A DNA stretch of 64,000 nucleotides, from NCBI RefSeq assembly GCF_016432865.1, contig NC_067400.1, positions 556,698,001 to 556,762,000 on the forward strand, written 5' to 3'. Positions 1 through 11,643 of the stretch are shown here, piece after piece; position 1 is the stretch's first letter, and every line of letters begins with the position of its first letter. The notes under the pieces were generated by a model. It saw nothing but the letters and a program-made list of their open reading frames with translations, did not search any database and was not told where the DNA came from. A program made the position numbers and the translations under genes. The DNA comes from Antechinus flavipes (lineage: Eukaryota).

Positions 1-954
1 TGAACATGAATTTAATTTGGTCAGCTAGCCACATTAAAAAATTAAAAACCAATCTCTACCATACCTCAATTTCTCTAGCATTACAAGTGATAATCAAATT
101 CCTGAGACAATAGTGAATAGAATACTCCTCATTTCTACTTCTAGGCCATAAAATTAGCATATTAATGACATGAAGAACTGGATAAATTTGTCTTCTTGTC
201 CTTTTGGAATTTAGCCCACTTCACTTGGCATTACAATGACAATAAACTTTGCCCCTTGACTTAGAGATGGGTTCAGGCCTGCCAAATCTTTTGAGACACC
301 TTTCTATACCAATCTGCCACTCCAACCTTTTAAGGTCTCCCTTCTGAATCTCCACAATGACCACCATCAGTATCTCACTCAGTTATTGAGCTACAGCATT
401 TCTCTCTTATATCTCTTTCCATGTAGCTTCAAACCTTTCTCTTGTGTTCTATTTTTTGAAATCTGCTATGTGGGATTTGAAAATAGTAGAAAGACTGCTA
501 GATATATAGTTAAGAGTCTGTATTTCCAGGCTCTATTACTGAAAAGCTATATAGCATGAGACAAATCTTTCATGTAAGAGATTTGAATCAAAAAGGGTTA
601 TCTAATAATTAACCTCCTTGATTCAAAGTACTGTATTGAAGATCAAGTGAATTTGTGGAAGAGAGGTGTAGTGATGCACACCTACAGGTCTTGATACTGA
701 AGAAGCTGAAACTGGTGGATCACTTAGGTTTGGGAGTTCTGAGATGCGGTACAACTGAAGCCCATCAAGTACCATGTTTGAACAATATATGAACTTTTCC
801 AGATAAGAGACCAGCAGGTTACATGAGAAGGGGTGAATTAACTCAGATCTAAAGTGAAGTTTAGCAATGGGGTGGGGCCAATGACAGGGTCTGCGCAAGC
901 AGATCCAGTCTCAAAAATTGATTGATTAATAAGAAAAATAAAAGTCTTTGAAAA

Positions 955-1106
955 GGGGTAGCTAGGTTGCACAGTGGTTGCATCAGCCCTGAAGTCAGGT
1001 GGACTTGAATTCAAATATGACCTCAGACACTTAACCTTTCCTAGCTGTAAGACCCTGGGCAAGTCATTTAACCCCAATTGCCGCAGCAAAAAATAAAAAT
1101 AAAATA
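955..1106 (+). mobile_element. WSINE1-type marsupial SINE, full length, with 17-bp target-site duplication
   Basis: tRNA-derived head GGGGTAGCTAGGTTGCACAGTGG, CORE segment and A-rich tail; TAAAAGTCTTTGAAAAG at 939-955 and 1107-1123. Confidence 0.85.
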
Positions 1107-1838
1107 TAAAAGTCTTTGAAAAGTAAAAAGATTGCAAAAATGTAAGTGATAGGTATTGTTAATACTTAATATTCTTTCTCTCCTATCCCCTCCTATTTCC
1201 TTAGGTCAATAATTCAAGATTCTGTTCCAGCCATTAGAGATCATCTTCTGGCAGGGCTGAATTCCAGTCCCTATACTCTTCATATTTACTCACCTGCTTT
1301 CTTTATCAGCTGGGCTTCCTCTGCCCACATCTGCAGAACCCCAGACCTGTGCTCTGCCTATCTAGTACCTCAATCTTTTTTCCCTAGGGTGGTTGATAGC
1401 CTTTGGGCCACCCTTTGCTACTGAGATATTTATAGTAACTGCACAAACAATGCCTCTAGGACTTCAGGCTAAGGCTTAATAGTGACTCTTAAGGGACTCC
1501 TATATTCATAGGAAGCCTTTGAATTCACAGGTCTTGGGGAGTTGGGAGGGGGGGAGGGAGGGAGAGGGTCAGGGCTCCTCCCTCCTTCTCTCCTTCCCTG
1601 CCCAAATGGATCAAGATTTTTAAGTTTTACTGCTAAGAGACCTTAGGAATCAACTAGTCTAATTTTCATATTTTAGAGAAAGGAAATGAGATGTGATGAT
1701 AATTAACATTTATATACTGCTCTAACATTTACACAACCTTTCAAATGTATTTTCTTTTTTGAGCCTCCCAACAAAACTTAGAGTTCACAAGTCAAGTCAA
1801 TAAACATTTATTTAGTGCCACTGTGTGCCAAGCATTAT

Positions 1839-1974
1839 NNNNNNNNNNNNNNNNNNNNNNNNNNNNNNNNNNNNNNNNNNNNNNNNNNNNNNNNNNNNNN
1901 NNNNNNNNNNNNNNNNNNNNNNNNNNNNNNNNNNNNNNNNNNNNNNNNNNNNNNNNNNNNNNNNNNNNNNNNNN
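1839..1974. other. Assembly gap (136 N)
   Basis: Run of N. Confidence 1.
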
Positions 1975-2109
1975 TCTGGTAATATAATAATAATAAATAT
2001 AATAAATAATGGGAGTATTCTCATAGGGAAGATATTAAGATTAAAAAGGATCCAGGAGGGGCAGAACAAAATGGTAAAGTAGAAGAAGGAATCCAGTTAA
2101 ACTTTCATC

Positions 2110-2465
2110 AATCACCTCAGGGCACAGTAACAGCAATATTGTAATGATAATCAACTGGGAAAGATTTAGTTACTTTTATAGATACCATGATCTAAGACAG
2201 GTCCAAAGGATTCATGATGAAAAATGTTATCCCTCTTAAGAAAATGAACTGATGGACTCAGAGTACAAATTGAAATATAATTTTTTTGACTTTTTTTTTT
2301 TGCTTTTTTTGTAGCATAGCTAATATGGAAAATATTTTGCCTTATTTTACATGTATAATTTATATCATATTGCTTGTCTTCTTAGAGGGTGAGGGAAGGA
2401 CTTGGAGAAAAGGATGATTGTGGAACTCAAATTTTAGAAGGTCATTTAAAATAAATAAATAATCT
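2110..2465 (+). mobile_element. Old L1 3' UTR fragment
   Basis: Resembles marsupial L1 3' UTR (GAACTGATGGACTCAGAGTACAAATTGAA...GGAACTCAAATTT) ending in an AATAAA-rich tail. Confidence 0.6.
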
Positions 2466-2900
2466 AAAAGGACTCAGGAAAAGCTTTTTACAGAAGGTGG
2501 GATTTTGACTGAAACTTAAGGAAAATTAGGTTAAGATAAAAGATAGAAATGAGTAGGGAGAGTCCCAGCCCTGATTACTGAGGTGATCAAAATGTCTGGA
2601 TTGGGGAGATAGTGTCTTGTGAAAAGAATAGCAAGGAGGTCAGTGTTACTGGATAATACAGTATGTGAAAGGGAGTGAATTGTAAAAAGACTGGAAAGGT
2701 AGGAAGGAACCAGCTCATGAAGAGTTTTAAAAGTTAAACAAAGTATTTTATATATCCTGGGGGTTAAAAGGATTCACTGGAATTTATTGAATAGAGGAAG
2801 GATATGATCATCCATTATTTTAGGAAAATAACTTTGACAACTGAGTGGAGACTGAATTGGAGTAGAGAGATACTTGAGGCAGAAAAGAAGGGCAGGAAGA
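2466..2900 (-). mobile_element. L2 LINE fragment
   Basis: Purine-rich antisense L2-like sequence (GAAGGTGGGATTTTGACTGAAACTT...). Confidence 0.6.
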
Positions 2901-3404
2901 GAGCCACAGAGACAGAGACAACCTGAGAGAGACATAGAGAAGATGCATAATGCTCAAGAAGCTTCTAGGTTTTCCTATTGCCATGTAAAAAGTCCAGATT
3001 CCTTTGTTTGGCATTTAAACACAGTTTAGCTACAAATGAATTTCCAGACTAAGGTCTCATTGCTTTCCCATATAAAATTTTGCTTTCAGTCACACTGACT
3101 TACTAAATCTTCTGTATTTCTGATTGCATCTCCCATCTCTATGCTTTTGTCCAGGAGGTCCCTCAAGCTTAGAATGCTGTTGACTTCCTTAGCTCTTTGA
3201 AGGTTAAGAGTTGCCTCTAGTAAGAGGATTTTCCTGCATGCCCAAGTTGTTGAATGCTCTGAATTTAATTTATATTTATTTTGTATATATTACATTTTTC
3301 CTTGTTTGAATTTTTTTTACCTGAGTCAAATATAAACTCCTTGAAAGAAGAAATGTGTTTATTTTTTGTCTACGTATTTTGTCTATAAGATTTTTTTAAC
3401 ATAT

Positions 3405-3620
3405 TAAGAGTTAGGAAGAACTTAATTCAAATTCAGCATCAGACATTTATTAGCTTGCTGATGTTGGGTAAGTAATTTAATCTCCATTTCCTCAAATTTA
3501 AAATGGGAATGATAATAATATTCTTTTTCTCTCAGGATGTTATGAAGAACAAATGAGATAATATTTGTAAAATACTTAACATACAATGGTCACTTAGTAA
3601 ATGCTTATATACTTTCTCTT
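3405..3620 (+). mobile_element. MIR/CORE-SINE
   Basis: CORE motif CATTTCCTCAAATTTAAAATGGGAATGATAATA followed by L2-like tail. Confidence 0.7.
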
Positions 3621-3699
3621 CCCTTCCTATAAATAGATGCTTGATAAATTGAATCCATCAGGAAATAAATTCCTTAAGAGTAGGGGCTATGTTTCATTT

Positions 3700-4490
3700 G
3701 TCATAACGGATATAGCACTGGATCTGGAGTTAAGAACAAAAAGCAGAGTTCAAATCTAACCTCATACACCCTTGGACAATTCATTTAATCTCTATGTACC
3801 TTAGTTTCCTCATCTGTATAAATGGAATCAACTAACTCTTGGTGTGCCACAGTTCTTTTTTAATTGGTCCTGCCTCAGTTTCTCTAAATTGTTCTGCCTC
3901 AGTTTCCCTAATTGGTCCTGCCTCGATTTCCTTAGTTGTTCTGCCTCAGTCCCCTTAGTTGCAAACCCCACTTCTGGTTCATTAAGACTGATATAACTCA
4001 GGGCTACTTGCTCTAAGGTTATAAATTGTCAATGTGTAAACTCAAAAAGGGGGAGTCCAGACTTTGTGTCTCTAGTCAGATACTTTCTTACTTCCCAGTT
4101 TGTTAGAATTTATGGTCCTACCCCTCCTACACACACACATACCCCATACTGTCAGGACCGAATTGATACATCCTACCTGGAGATTCCCCTTCACCAGAGT
4201 TTGGACTCCACCTCCCTGCCTATGTCTAGCTACTGTGTATAAATTTGTCATTGAGAACTCACATTGGCTGCTGGATGCTGGATGCTGGATGCTGGATTCT
4301 TGGAGATGATAGTCTCATTCAGCCCTGGGACCAAACCATGGATCCATGTGGATCCATGGATTCAATCTCTCCCTTTCAAATAAATTATATATATAAAAAA
4401 AAAAAACTCTCTAATCTCTATCGTACCTCAGTTTCTCTGGCATTACACTCTAAGGTCTCATTCAGCTCTAATTCTGTGATCCTGTGATTG
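3700..4490 (+). mobile_element. MIR interrupted by a solo LTR
   Basis: MIR head and core at 3700-3835; tail CTCTAAGGTCTCATTCAGCTCT resumes at 4448. Confidence 0.65.
3840..4447 (+). mobile_element. ERV solo LTR (family A), 608 bp, 4-bp TSD CTCT
   Basis: TG...CA termini; CTCT at 3836-3839 and 4448-4451; AATAAA at 4379-4384; related copies at ~47870-48430 and 49429-49488. Confidence 0.8.
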
Positions 4491-4619
4491 TTTGGATTCT
4501 TAAGGTGTAATATAGCATAAGTACTTAGGTATTTGGAGCTGAATAAAATTTTATTGAATCTAAATGAATTTTTTTCAATTTGTACAATTCTCCATCCTTC
4601 AGAAAAGTTTTAAATATTT

Positions 4620-4810
4620 ATTGTTCAGTTGTTTTTCAGTCATGGGTTTTCTTGCCAAATATTTTGGAGTAGTGTAACATTTTCTTTTGCTCTTCATTTT
4701 GCAGATGAGGAAACTGAAGCAAACAAGAAATGACAGCTTTAAATGTCTGAGGATGGATTTGAACTCAGGATTTCCTGACTCCAGGCCGGACATGCTATTC
4801 TGTATCCATC
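4620..4810 (+). mobile_element. Mar1-type marsupial SINE
   Basis: TTGTTCAG...GGGTTTTCTTGCCAAA...TTTTGCAGATGAGGAAACTGAAGCAAAC pattern. Confidence 0.7.
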
Positions 4811-5589
4811 CACTGATGATGATGATGATGATGATAGCGTCTGACCAATATTAATGATGAAGATAGGGAAAAGTCAGATTAGTACAGGCCTTCCAAGGCC
4901 TCTTTCTAAGGGTAAATTTTATTAAAGTCTTTGCCCTTTTCTTTTATCTCTTCTCTCTCATTATACTCTCCCTATTATTGACCATACCTATTTATACAAC
5001 TTCAGTGATCACTTCCATGTTAATAAATTCCATAGAAACACCTCTACCCTAAACTGCTCCTATAAATTCTTACACCACAATTCCAGTGACCTAAAGAACA
5101 TTTTTACCTACTTATCCCATAGTGATTTCAAATTCCATATTTACAAAAAACATGTCATTATCATCCCTGACTTTCCACCCACCAAAACATCAAAATAAAA
5201 GACCCCTGCCACTCTTCCTAATTGATTCATGTATTGATGATACTATCAACTTCCTAGACTTCCAGCCTCTATGCCTCATGATCCTCTTCAATTCTTTTTG
5301 TCTAATCAATGTCCTAGATCAGTGTTTTTACTACTACAATATTTTTTTTAATCTACTCTCTTTTCTCCACTCATTCAGTCACTACCTTAAAACTTTTCTC
5401 ACATATGTCCTAGACTATTGAAATCACTATATTCTAGGTTCAAAAGTTGCATAGAAGTGTTCAGAGTGTAGTTCATGTATTATTGTCTCCTGTTTAAAGT
5501 AATAATATTAAATAAATTGTTGCCTGAATACAGGATACTTCTGAAGAGTCTTCAGCATTTTGCCCATGGCATGTTATATAAGTCCCTCA

Positions 5590-6534
5590 TCAATGTTTCC
5601 CCAAAGAGACCACCTTGAGGATGGCTCGACGGATTTGCTGGGTCTTGACACTGTAGATCACAGGGTTCATCAAGGGTGGGAAGAGCACTGAGACTGTGCC
5701 CATCAGCACATGCACAACGGGAGAAGCATGGCGCCCAAAGCGGTGAACAATGGACAAGCCGAGCACAGGCACATAGAAGCACAGCACGGCCAGGATGTGG
5801 GACACACATGTGTTAAGGGCTTTGAGTCTCTCCTTGGCAGAGGCGATGGAGAGCACGGTGCAGAGGATAATGGTGTAGGAGACCAGGATAAAGAGCACAT
5901 CAGAGCCCATGGCCAACATGATAATGCACAGACCATAGATGCTATTGAAGCGTGTGTCAGAACAGGAAAGCCGGATCATGTCCTGATGTAAGCAATAAGC
6001 ATGAGAGAGGGCCCCCGGGCGGCAGTACTGGAAAGTGAAGAGGCGGAGCGAGGGGGCTGCTGTGATAACAGCACTCCTCAAACCCAGCACTGCCCCAGCC
6101 AGGGCCACGCGGGGGCCAGAGAGGATGCTGGAATAGCGCAGTGGGAAGCGAATGGCCACCAGGCGGTCCAGGGCCATGGCAAAAAGGACAGCAGACTCCA
6201 TAAAGGAGAAGGAATGGAGGAAATGCTGCTGGAGAATGCAGGACACCAGCCCAATGGCCCGCGCATCAAACCACAGCACACCCAGCACGGTGGGCAGAGT
6301 CGACATGCACAGACCCAAGTCTGTCACTGCCAGAATCGCCAGGAAGTAGTACATGGGCTGGTGCAGGGAGTTCTCAGTGCGCACCAGGTGGAGGATGGTG
6401 ATGTTGCCCAGGACAGCCACAAGGTAGCCTGCAAAGATGGGCAGAGAGATCCAGCAGTGAGCCCACTCCAGACCTGGGAAACCAGTCAGCATAAAGGTGG
6501 TAAAGCTGAAATTGGTCCTGGGCAGGTTAGGCAT
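5590..6534 (-). CDS. Class I olfactory receptor, OR51 family, intact main exon (314 aa from ATG 6534); possible upstream coding exon
   Basis: LHQPMYYFL, MALDRLVAIRFPLRY, SHAYCLHQD, KALNTCVSH, HRFG, PPLMNPVIYSVKT; N-glycosylation NFS. The ORF-track start at 6558 is TTG; the first in-frame ATG is 6534. Confidence 0.95.
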   Translation of the reverse strand: MPNLPRTNFSFTTFMLTGFPGLEWAHCWISLPIFAGYLVAVLGNITILHLVRTENSLHQPMYYFLAILAVTDLGLCMSTLPTVLGVLWFDARAIGLVSCILQQHFLHSFSFMESAVLFAMALDRLVAIRFPLRYSSILSGPRVALAGAVLGLRSAVITAAPSLRLFTFQYCRPGALSHAYCLHQDMIRLSCSDTRFNSIYGLCIIMLAMGSDVLFILVSYTIILCTVLSIASAKERLKALNTCVSHILAVLCFYVPVLGLSIVHRFGRHASPVVHVLMGTVSVLFPPLMNPVIYSVKTQQIRRAILKVVSLGKH

Positions 6535-6634
6535 CCTTGGAAATTCTTCCTGGGACAAATTGGTGTGGAGTAGTTAATGAAACAAAATTTTTAAAAAGGC
6601 CAGTCTCTCCCATTAATCCCAAACCATCACTTAC

Positions 6635-6664
6635 CTTGGCAACAGGCTGAGTATCCATAATCAT
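6635..6664 (-). CDS. Predicted short upstream coding exon of the 5590-6534 OR (MIMDTQPVAK)
   Basis: ATG at 6664 and 6658 (A-3, G+4 Kozak), donor AAG|GTAAGT at 6635/6634, phase-0 join to acceptor TTTGTCCCAG|GAA at 6550/6549. Confidence 0.55.
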
Positions 6665-7329
6665 TGCTTTTAGCAGAGGCTTCACTCAAAGTCTTCATAC
6701 TTCTCCCCTATTCAATTCTACCATCCCTTTCTTTATCCCTGGTCAATCCTTAAGGCTGGATCTTGCCTCCACTGTGACTTTTCTCTGCTATTATTCTCAA
6801 ACTGCATTGCTGCTGTAGATAAGTATAGAACTGGGATGCTATAACCTTTACTACATCTATTTTTATCTATTCTCCAATGAGCATTCCCTGCTTCTTAGAA
6901 ATTCTAATATCTTTGACTCATTATCCAATTTAAAAAAAAAAAAAACTACCCAGGTGCCTCCTTAAAGGTCTAGACATACCTAACCCTTTGCAAATGATCG
7001 CCCATGCAAAGGCCATCTACAATGAGTTCCTTCATCCTTTTAGTACCAATCAATGTTTCTTTTTGAGTAATTCACTGTAAAGTTTTTAACTTCAGTTATT
7101 TTATTTGTAAAATGAGGTAGCTAAATAGTGATTTCTAATGTTCCTTCTAGCTCTAAATTTCTAACTTTCTCCCATTAAAAAAATATCAGAAATTAACTAA
7201 ACTTTTTTTGGTGGGTTGTGGGAGGGGAAGAAGTGTTTGTATCTGTTGGGAAATATTAATAAATGTCAAAAAATGCATCATTATGTTTTTAATATTTAAT
7301 TTTAAGCAGAGGCCATTTCTACCTAAACA

Positions 7330-7505
7330 TTGTTGTTTGTCCTGTGTTTTTGAAGAGGATCATGACATCTGGGAGATAATGCCTTGACATGCAAGTGAAT
7401 GGATTTAAGTAAGGATGGATTTTGCAAAATCACTAGCCTCAATTTCTCCTCCAGAGCCATCTGGATCCAGAAGCAAGATATAGATTGCTATGACTAGAGA
7501 TGGTA
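7330..7505 (+). mobile_element. RTE-associated marsupial SINE (MdoRep1/WALLSI-like)
   Basis: TGTTGTTTGTCC...GACATGCAAGTGAATGGATTTAAGT...CCAGAGCCATCTGG; homologous copies at 8425-8640 and 13355-13575. Confidence 0.65.
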
Positions 7506-7689
7506 TGCAGTAGGAGATCTTGGTTTTTTTTTAAGCTAAGAACTTTTAATAGTTCTAGATAAGAATTGAGATAAAGAATGACCTCTTGTAGAGTCAAAAT
7601 AAGGGGGAAAAAAATCATCCAATCTGAGAGGGGAATCATCCATTTCTGCTAAGTGAAAAGAGCAGAACCAGGAGATTGGATTGTTCACA

Positions 7690-8110
7690 GCAACAACAAT
7701 ATTATCCAATGATCAATTCTGATGGTCGTGATTATTTCCAACAAGGTGATGATTGAGGCTAGTTTTAATGACCTTGCTACACCCAGAAAGAGGACTGTGG
7801 GAACTGAGTGTGGATCACAACATGACATTCTCGCTCTTTTTGTTGTTGTTCACTTGCATTTAGCTTCTTATTTATTTTCTTTCCTTTTTGATCTGATTTT
7901 TCTTCTGCAGCAAGATCATTGTATGTTTACATATATTGGATTTAACATATATTTTAATATGTATAACATATATTGGATTGCTTACCATCTAGGGGTAGAG
8001 CTAGGGGGAAGGAGAAGAAAATTTGGAGCTCAAGGCTATGCAAGGGTCAACATTGAAAAATTATCCATGCATATGTTTTAAAAATAAAAAGTTTTAGGGA
8101 AAAAAATTAA
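7690..8110 (+). mobile_element. L1 3' UTR fragment
   Basis: ATGATCAATTCTGATGG...CTACACCCAGAAAGAGGACTGTGGGAACTGAGTGTGG...AATAAAAAG. Confidence 0.8.
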
Positions 8111-8179
8111 ATGATTATGGAAAAAATTTTACATTTCTTTGGGTAGAACACTTGCAAGTAAATTTATGATACCCTATGT

Positions 8180-8405
8180 GGACAAAAGGAAGGGAAAGAA
8201 AAGTGAAAGAGAAAAAGAAGGAGGGAGGGAGGAAAATAGGAAGGAAAGAAGAATGGAAGAAAAGAAGGAAGAAAGGTAAGAAAGAAGGAAAGAAGAAAGG
8301 AAGAAGGGAAGAAAGGCAGAGAGGGAGGGAAGGAGAGAAGAAAGAAGAGAGGGAAGGAGGGAGGGAGGAAGAGAGACCAAAGGCAGGAGGAAGGGAAGGA
8401 AGAGA
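8180..8405. repeat. Purine-rich (GGAA/GAAA/GGGA) low-complexity repeat
   Basis: Direct reading. Confidence 0.95.
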
Positions 8406-8424
8406 GGCCATGTTGTTCAACTAA

Positions 8425-8640
8425 GAGCTCTACTCACATAAATTGTCTTTCATTCTCAAAGAGAACATGACATCAGTCAAATGATGCCATGACATGCAAG
8501 TGAGTTGGATATAAATGAGAGTGGGCTGTGTAAAATCAACAGCCTCAAAGCTATCTGGGTCTAGTGATAAGATATAGAGCAGATGACTAGAGATAGCCCT
8601 CAGCTTAACTTTATGGCGTACTTCATAGAGTCCTCCAGAA
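8425..8640 (+). mobile_element. RTE-associated marsupial SINE
   Basis: Homologous to 7330-7505 (GATGCCATGACATGCAAGTGAGTTGGAT). Confidence 0.65.
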
Positions 8641-8939
8641 CATTTAATATAATCAGAATTTGATGTTATAATCAATACTTACAACAAAATGAATTTCATA
8701 CACATAACAATACACATAAATTATTGTTTTGCTAAACAACTTAAGTACAAATGTATTAAATACATCATTATCCATGTGCACCCCATCCCTTTCCCATATG
8801 GGCTAAGGACTTTTGATGCATCATACATTACCAAAGATAAAAGGTCGAGCAATGTTTCCAATTGTATTCTCCCCTTTACTTCATATCACTAATATTACTC
8901 ATATTCATATTCTTCATTCTGGTCTTAAATGAGGAGATG

Positions 8940-9760
8940 ACCCTTCTCCTTGAAGAGGCCACCCCTTTAAATGTGCCATTAATCCTATATTATCATAACT
9001 TTTTTGTATTCTCCAGAAAACTGTCCCCTCTAAAACCTCTGCTCTCTCTTACTTCTAACATTTCCCTATTTTCTAGTTCCAACTCCATTACCAATAAGCA
9101 TACTGTGTCCTTTATTTTTTTTTAAGTCTCTTTATTCTACTATCCTAGCTAGCTCTTGTCTTATCTGTCTATCCTCATGTTAGCTAAAGAAAGCTGTCTA
9201 CATTAGATATCTCAATTTCTCCTTTCACTATCAAACTTCCTGCAACCTGGCTTTTGATGTCATTCAACTAAAATGGTTTTCTCTAAAGTTACTAATAAAC
9301 TCTTAATTACCAGATCAAATGGCCTTTGCTCAGTTCTCATTATTCTTTTCCTTTCCCTAGCTTTGGGCAGAATAGATCATATTGTACTATTAGATACTTT
9401 CTCCTCTCTAGGTTTTCATGAAACTATTTAATTCAGTTTCTCCTACTATTTTCCTGATAAATCCTCATCTCCTTTCCAAGTTCTCTATTAAAAATGCGTG
9501 TCCCTCAAGGCTATATTTAAGACCCATTTCTTATTTCCCTCTATACCATCCTTGTTGGCTATTTTATTAGCTTCCTTATGTTCAATTATCAGCTTATGAA
9601 GATGATTCCAAGATGAATACATATATAGTCCTATTTTTCTCCCATGTTACTGTGATATACAGAAACTGCCTTGGTGACATCACACACTGAATGACCCATA
9701 TCCATACCAAAGTCAACATATTTCAAAAAAATTTACTTGACTCTTCAATCCCTCCTCCCA
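8940..9760 (+). mobile_element. Degraded L2 LINE ORF2 region
   Basis: Pyrimidine-rich L2-like sequence (TCAAATGGCCTTTGCTCAGTTCTC...CCCTCAAGGCT...TATGAAGATGATTCCAAGAT). Confidence 0.6.
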
Positions 9761-9927
9761 CCTATACTATCTCTATCTTCCTTATATTTTGTATGTAAAG
9801 TTGTTTCTAACTTGACCCCTTCTGCTTTTCCAGTTTTCTCTTGGAAAGCAGGTCCTTAATAACTGTTCTCTTCAGTTCTTCCACCTTCTGAAGAGCAAAG
9901 TTATGCAGAAGAAAAAAGCAAGAATTT

Positions 9928-10148
9928 GTTATTGTTCAAGTCATTTTGGCTATGTCTGGTTCTTTGTGATCCCATTTGGACTCTTCTTTGCAAAGATACC
10001 GGAGTAGTTTGCCATTTCCTTCTCCAGTTCATTTTATAGGTGAAGCAACTGAGGCAAATAGAATTAAGTGACTTGCCCAGGATCACACAGTTACTAAGTG
10101 TCTGATACCAATTTTTAATTCTGGCCTTCCTGACTCTAAGCCCAGAAT
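9928..10148 (+). mobile_element. Mar1-type SINE
   Basis: GCAAAGATACCGGAGTAGTTTGCCATTTCCTTCTCCAG...AAGTGACTTGCCCAGGATCACACAG. Confidence 0.8.
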
Positions 10149-11643
10149 TTTGTCCAGAAATTTATTAGATGCTTATCTTTCAACTCAGAGAGAGCACCAT
10201 GATCTCATAGAATTATAGAATTCAGTGATATTAAGACACATATCATATAGAGTGCTGGTCTGGAAGTTAAGAAAACTAGTGTTCAAATCCTGTATCTGAC
10301 ACTTATAGTCTGTGTGATCATGGATATGGCACTAAAACTTATTTACCTTATTTGTCAAATGAGGGGATTGCTTTTAGTCACCTATCCAGCTATCAATCTA
10401 AGAATCTCAACCTCCTTATTGTACAGATCAATAAAATGAAGCTCAGAAAAGATAAATGACTTCCTCTTTTACTAGAGATAGAGAATCTAAACTCAGGTCC
10501 TCTGATAATGTTCTTTCTATTATACCTACTCACTGAAGCAGATGTCCAATTGTCATTCAAGTCCCAAAGTACAAACATATTTTACTTCTATAAAGCTTAG
10601 TACAAACATATTCTATTTCTGGAAAACTTAGTGATCTGCAACATTTATTCCTCATTCAATTCTTCTGCATGGCAGGACACCCCATTAGTGATGTTCTTAG
10701 TCAGCCTGTGGGTCCTCACCCAAATGACTTCATGTATGCATCTCACCTCAATATTCATATGTACTTAGAGAGATTTCTGATTTATCTTGTCATCTATATT
10801 TTTAAACATCTAATTTGTTCCATTAAAAAGCAAAATATTCTTGCATTAGCAGACTAATCATGACTGGAAAAATTGCTCAGTAAGTAGAAGTTGGTTTCAA
10901 AGCCCAGAGGAGTGAGGGTCAAATCCCACCTCATCATATAATGGCTGTGGGATCTTAGGTAAATGACTAAATCTCTTGATGACTCTCTAGGAACTGAAGT
11001 TGAAACAAGTTGCTGACCAGCATCAACAGAAGAAATGTCCTTCCCTAAGGGTTCTCTATGCCAATAAAGTCACTCTTCCAGCCCCTTCCTAATCATGTCT
11101 CACATTCTAACCATGTCAGTGATATAACTGTGAGACTAAATTTAACTCCTCTTGGTAAAATATCTAGCATACAGTGTAGGAATTTATTTTTACTTAACTA
11201 TACCTATCTGTAATCTGTTTTGTTGTCTTTCTTTCTCAACTGTGGAGTAGGCTGGCAAGTAGAAGGATTAGCATTCAGAACTGAAAATAAAATAGAATTT
11301 TAAAAATCTTTAGCATAGTTTCTTTCCCATTTTCTGTGCATTGGTATGTGAATATGTGCTCCCATGAACTTTAATTCTCTTTCTCCCATCATAGCCTCCT
11401 TTACTTGTATTTTTCTATGACAATTAGAGTTTCTTTGGATAAGGTCTATGATCTTATTTTTTTCTGACAATTATAAGTAAACTGATTATATTTTGATGTA
11501 ATTAGTTTGCAATATTATTTATTTTGGCATAATCAGTTACTTTTTGCAATCATATTTCTTTTATTTTATGCATTTAAAAACATTCTTCTGAGGTTTCTTT
11601 ATACTGACAAAGGATCCTAACTTAATCTGAATTGCACACCAAG

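Noticed and set aside
6001-6573. 190-aa plus-strand ORF and other ORFs antisense to or overlapping the five OR genes
   Set aside because: Shadows of GC-rich OR codons; no recognisable domain or independent gene signals
8115-8424. K/E/R/G-rich and L/S/F/P-rich ORFs here and at 37177-37547
   Set aside because: Translations of (GGAA)n low-complexity repeats
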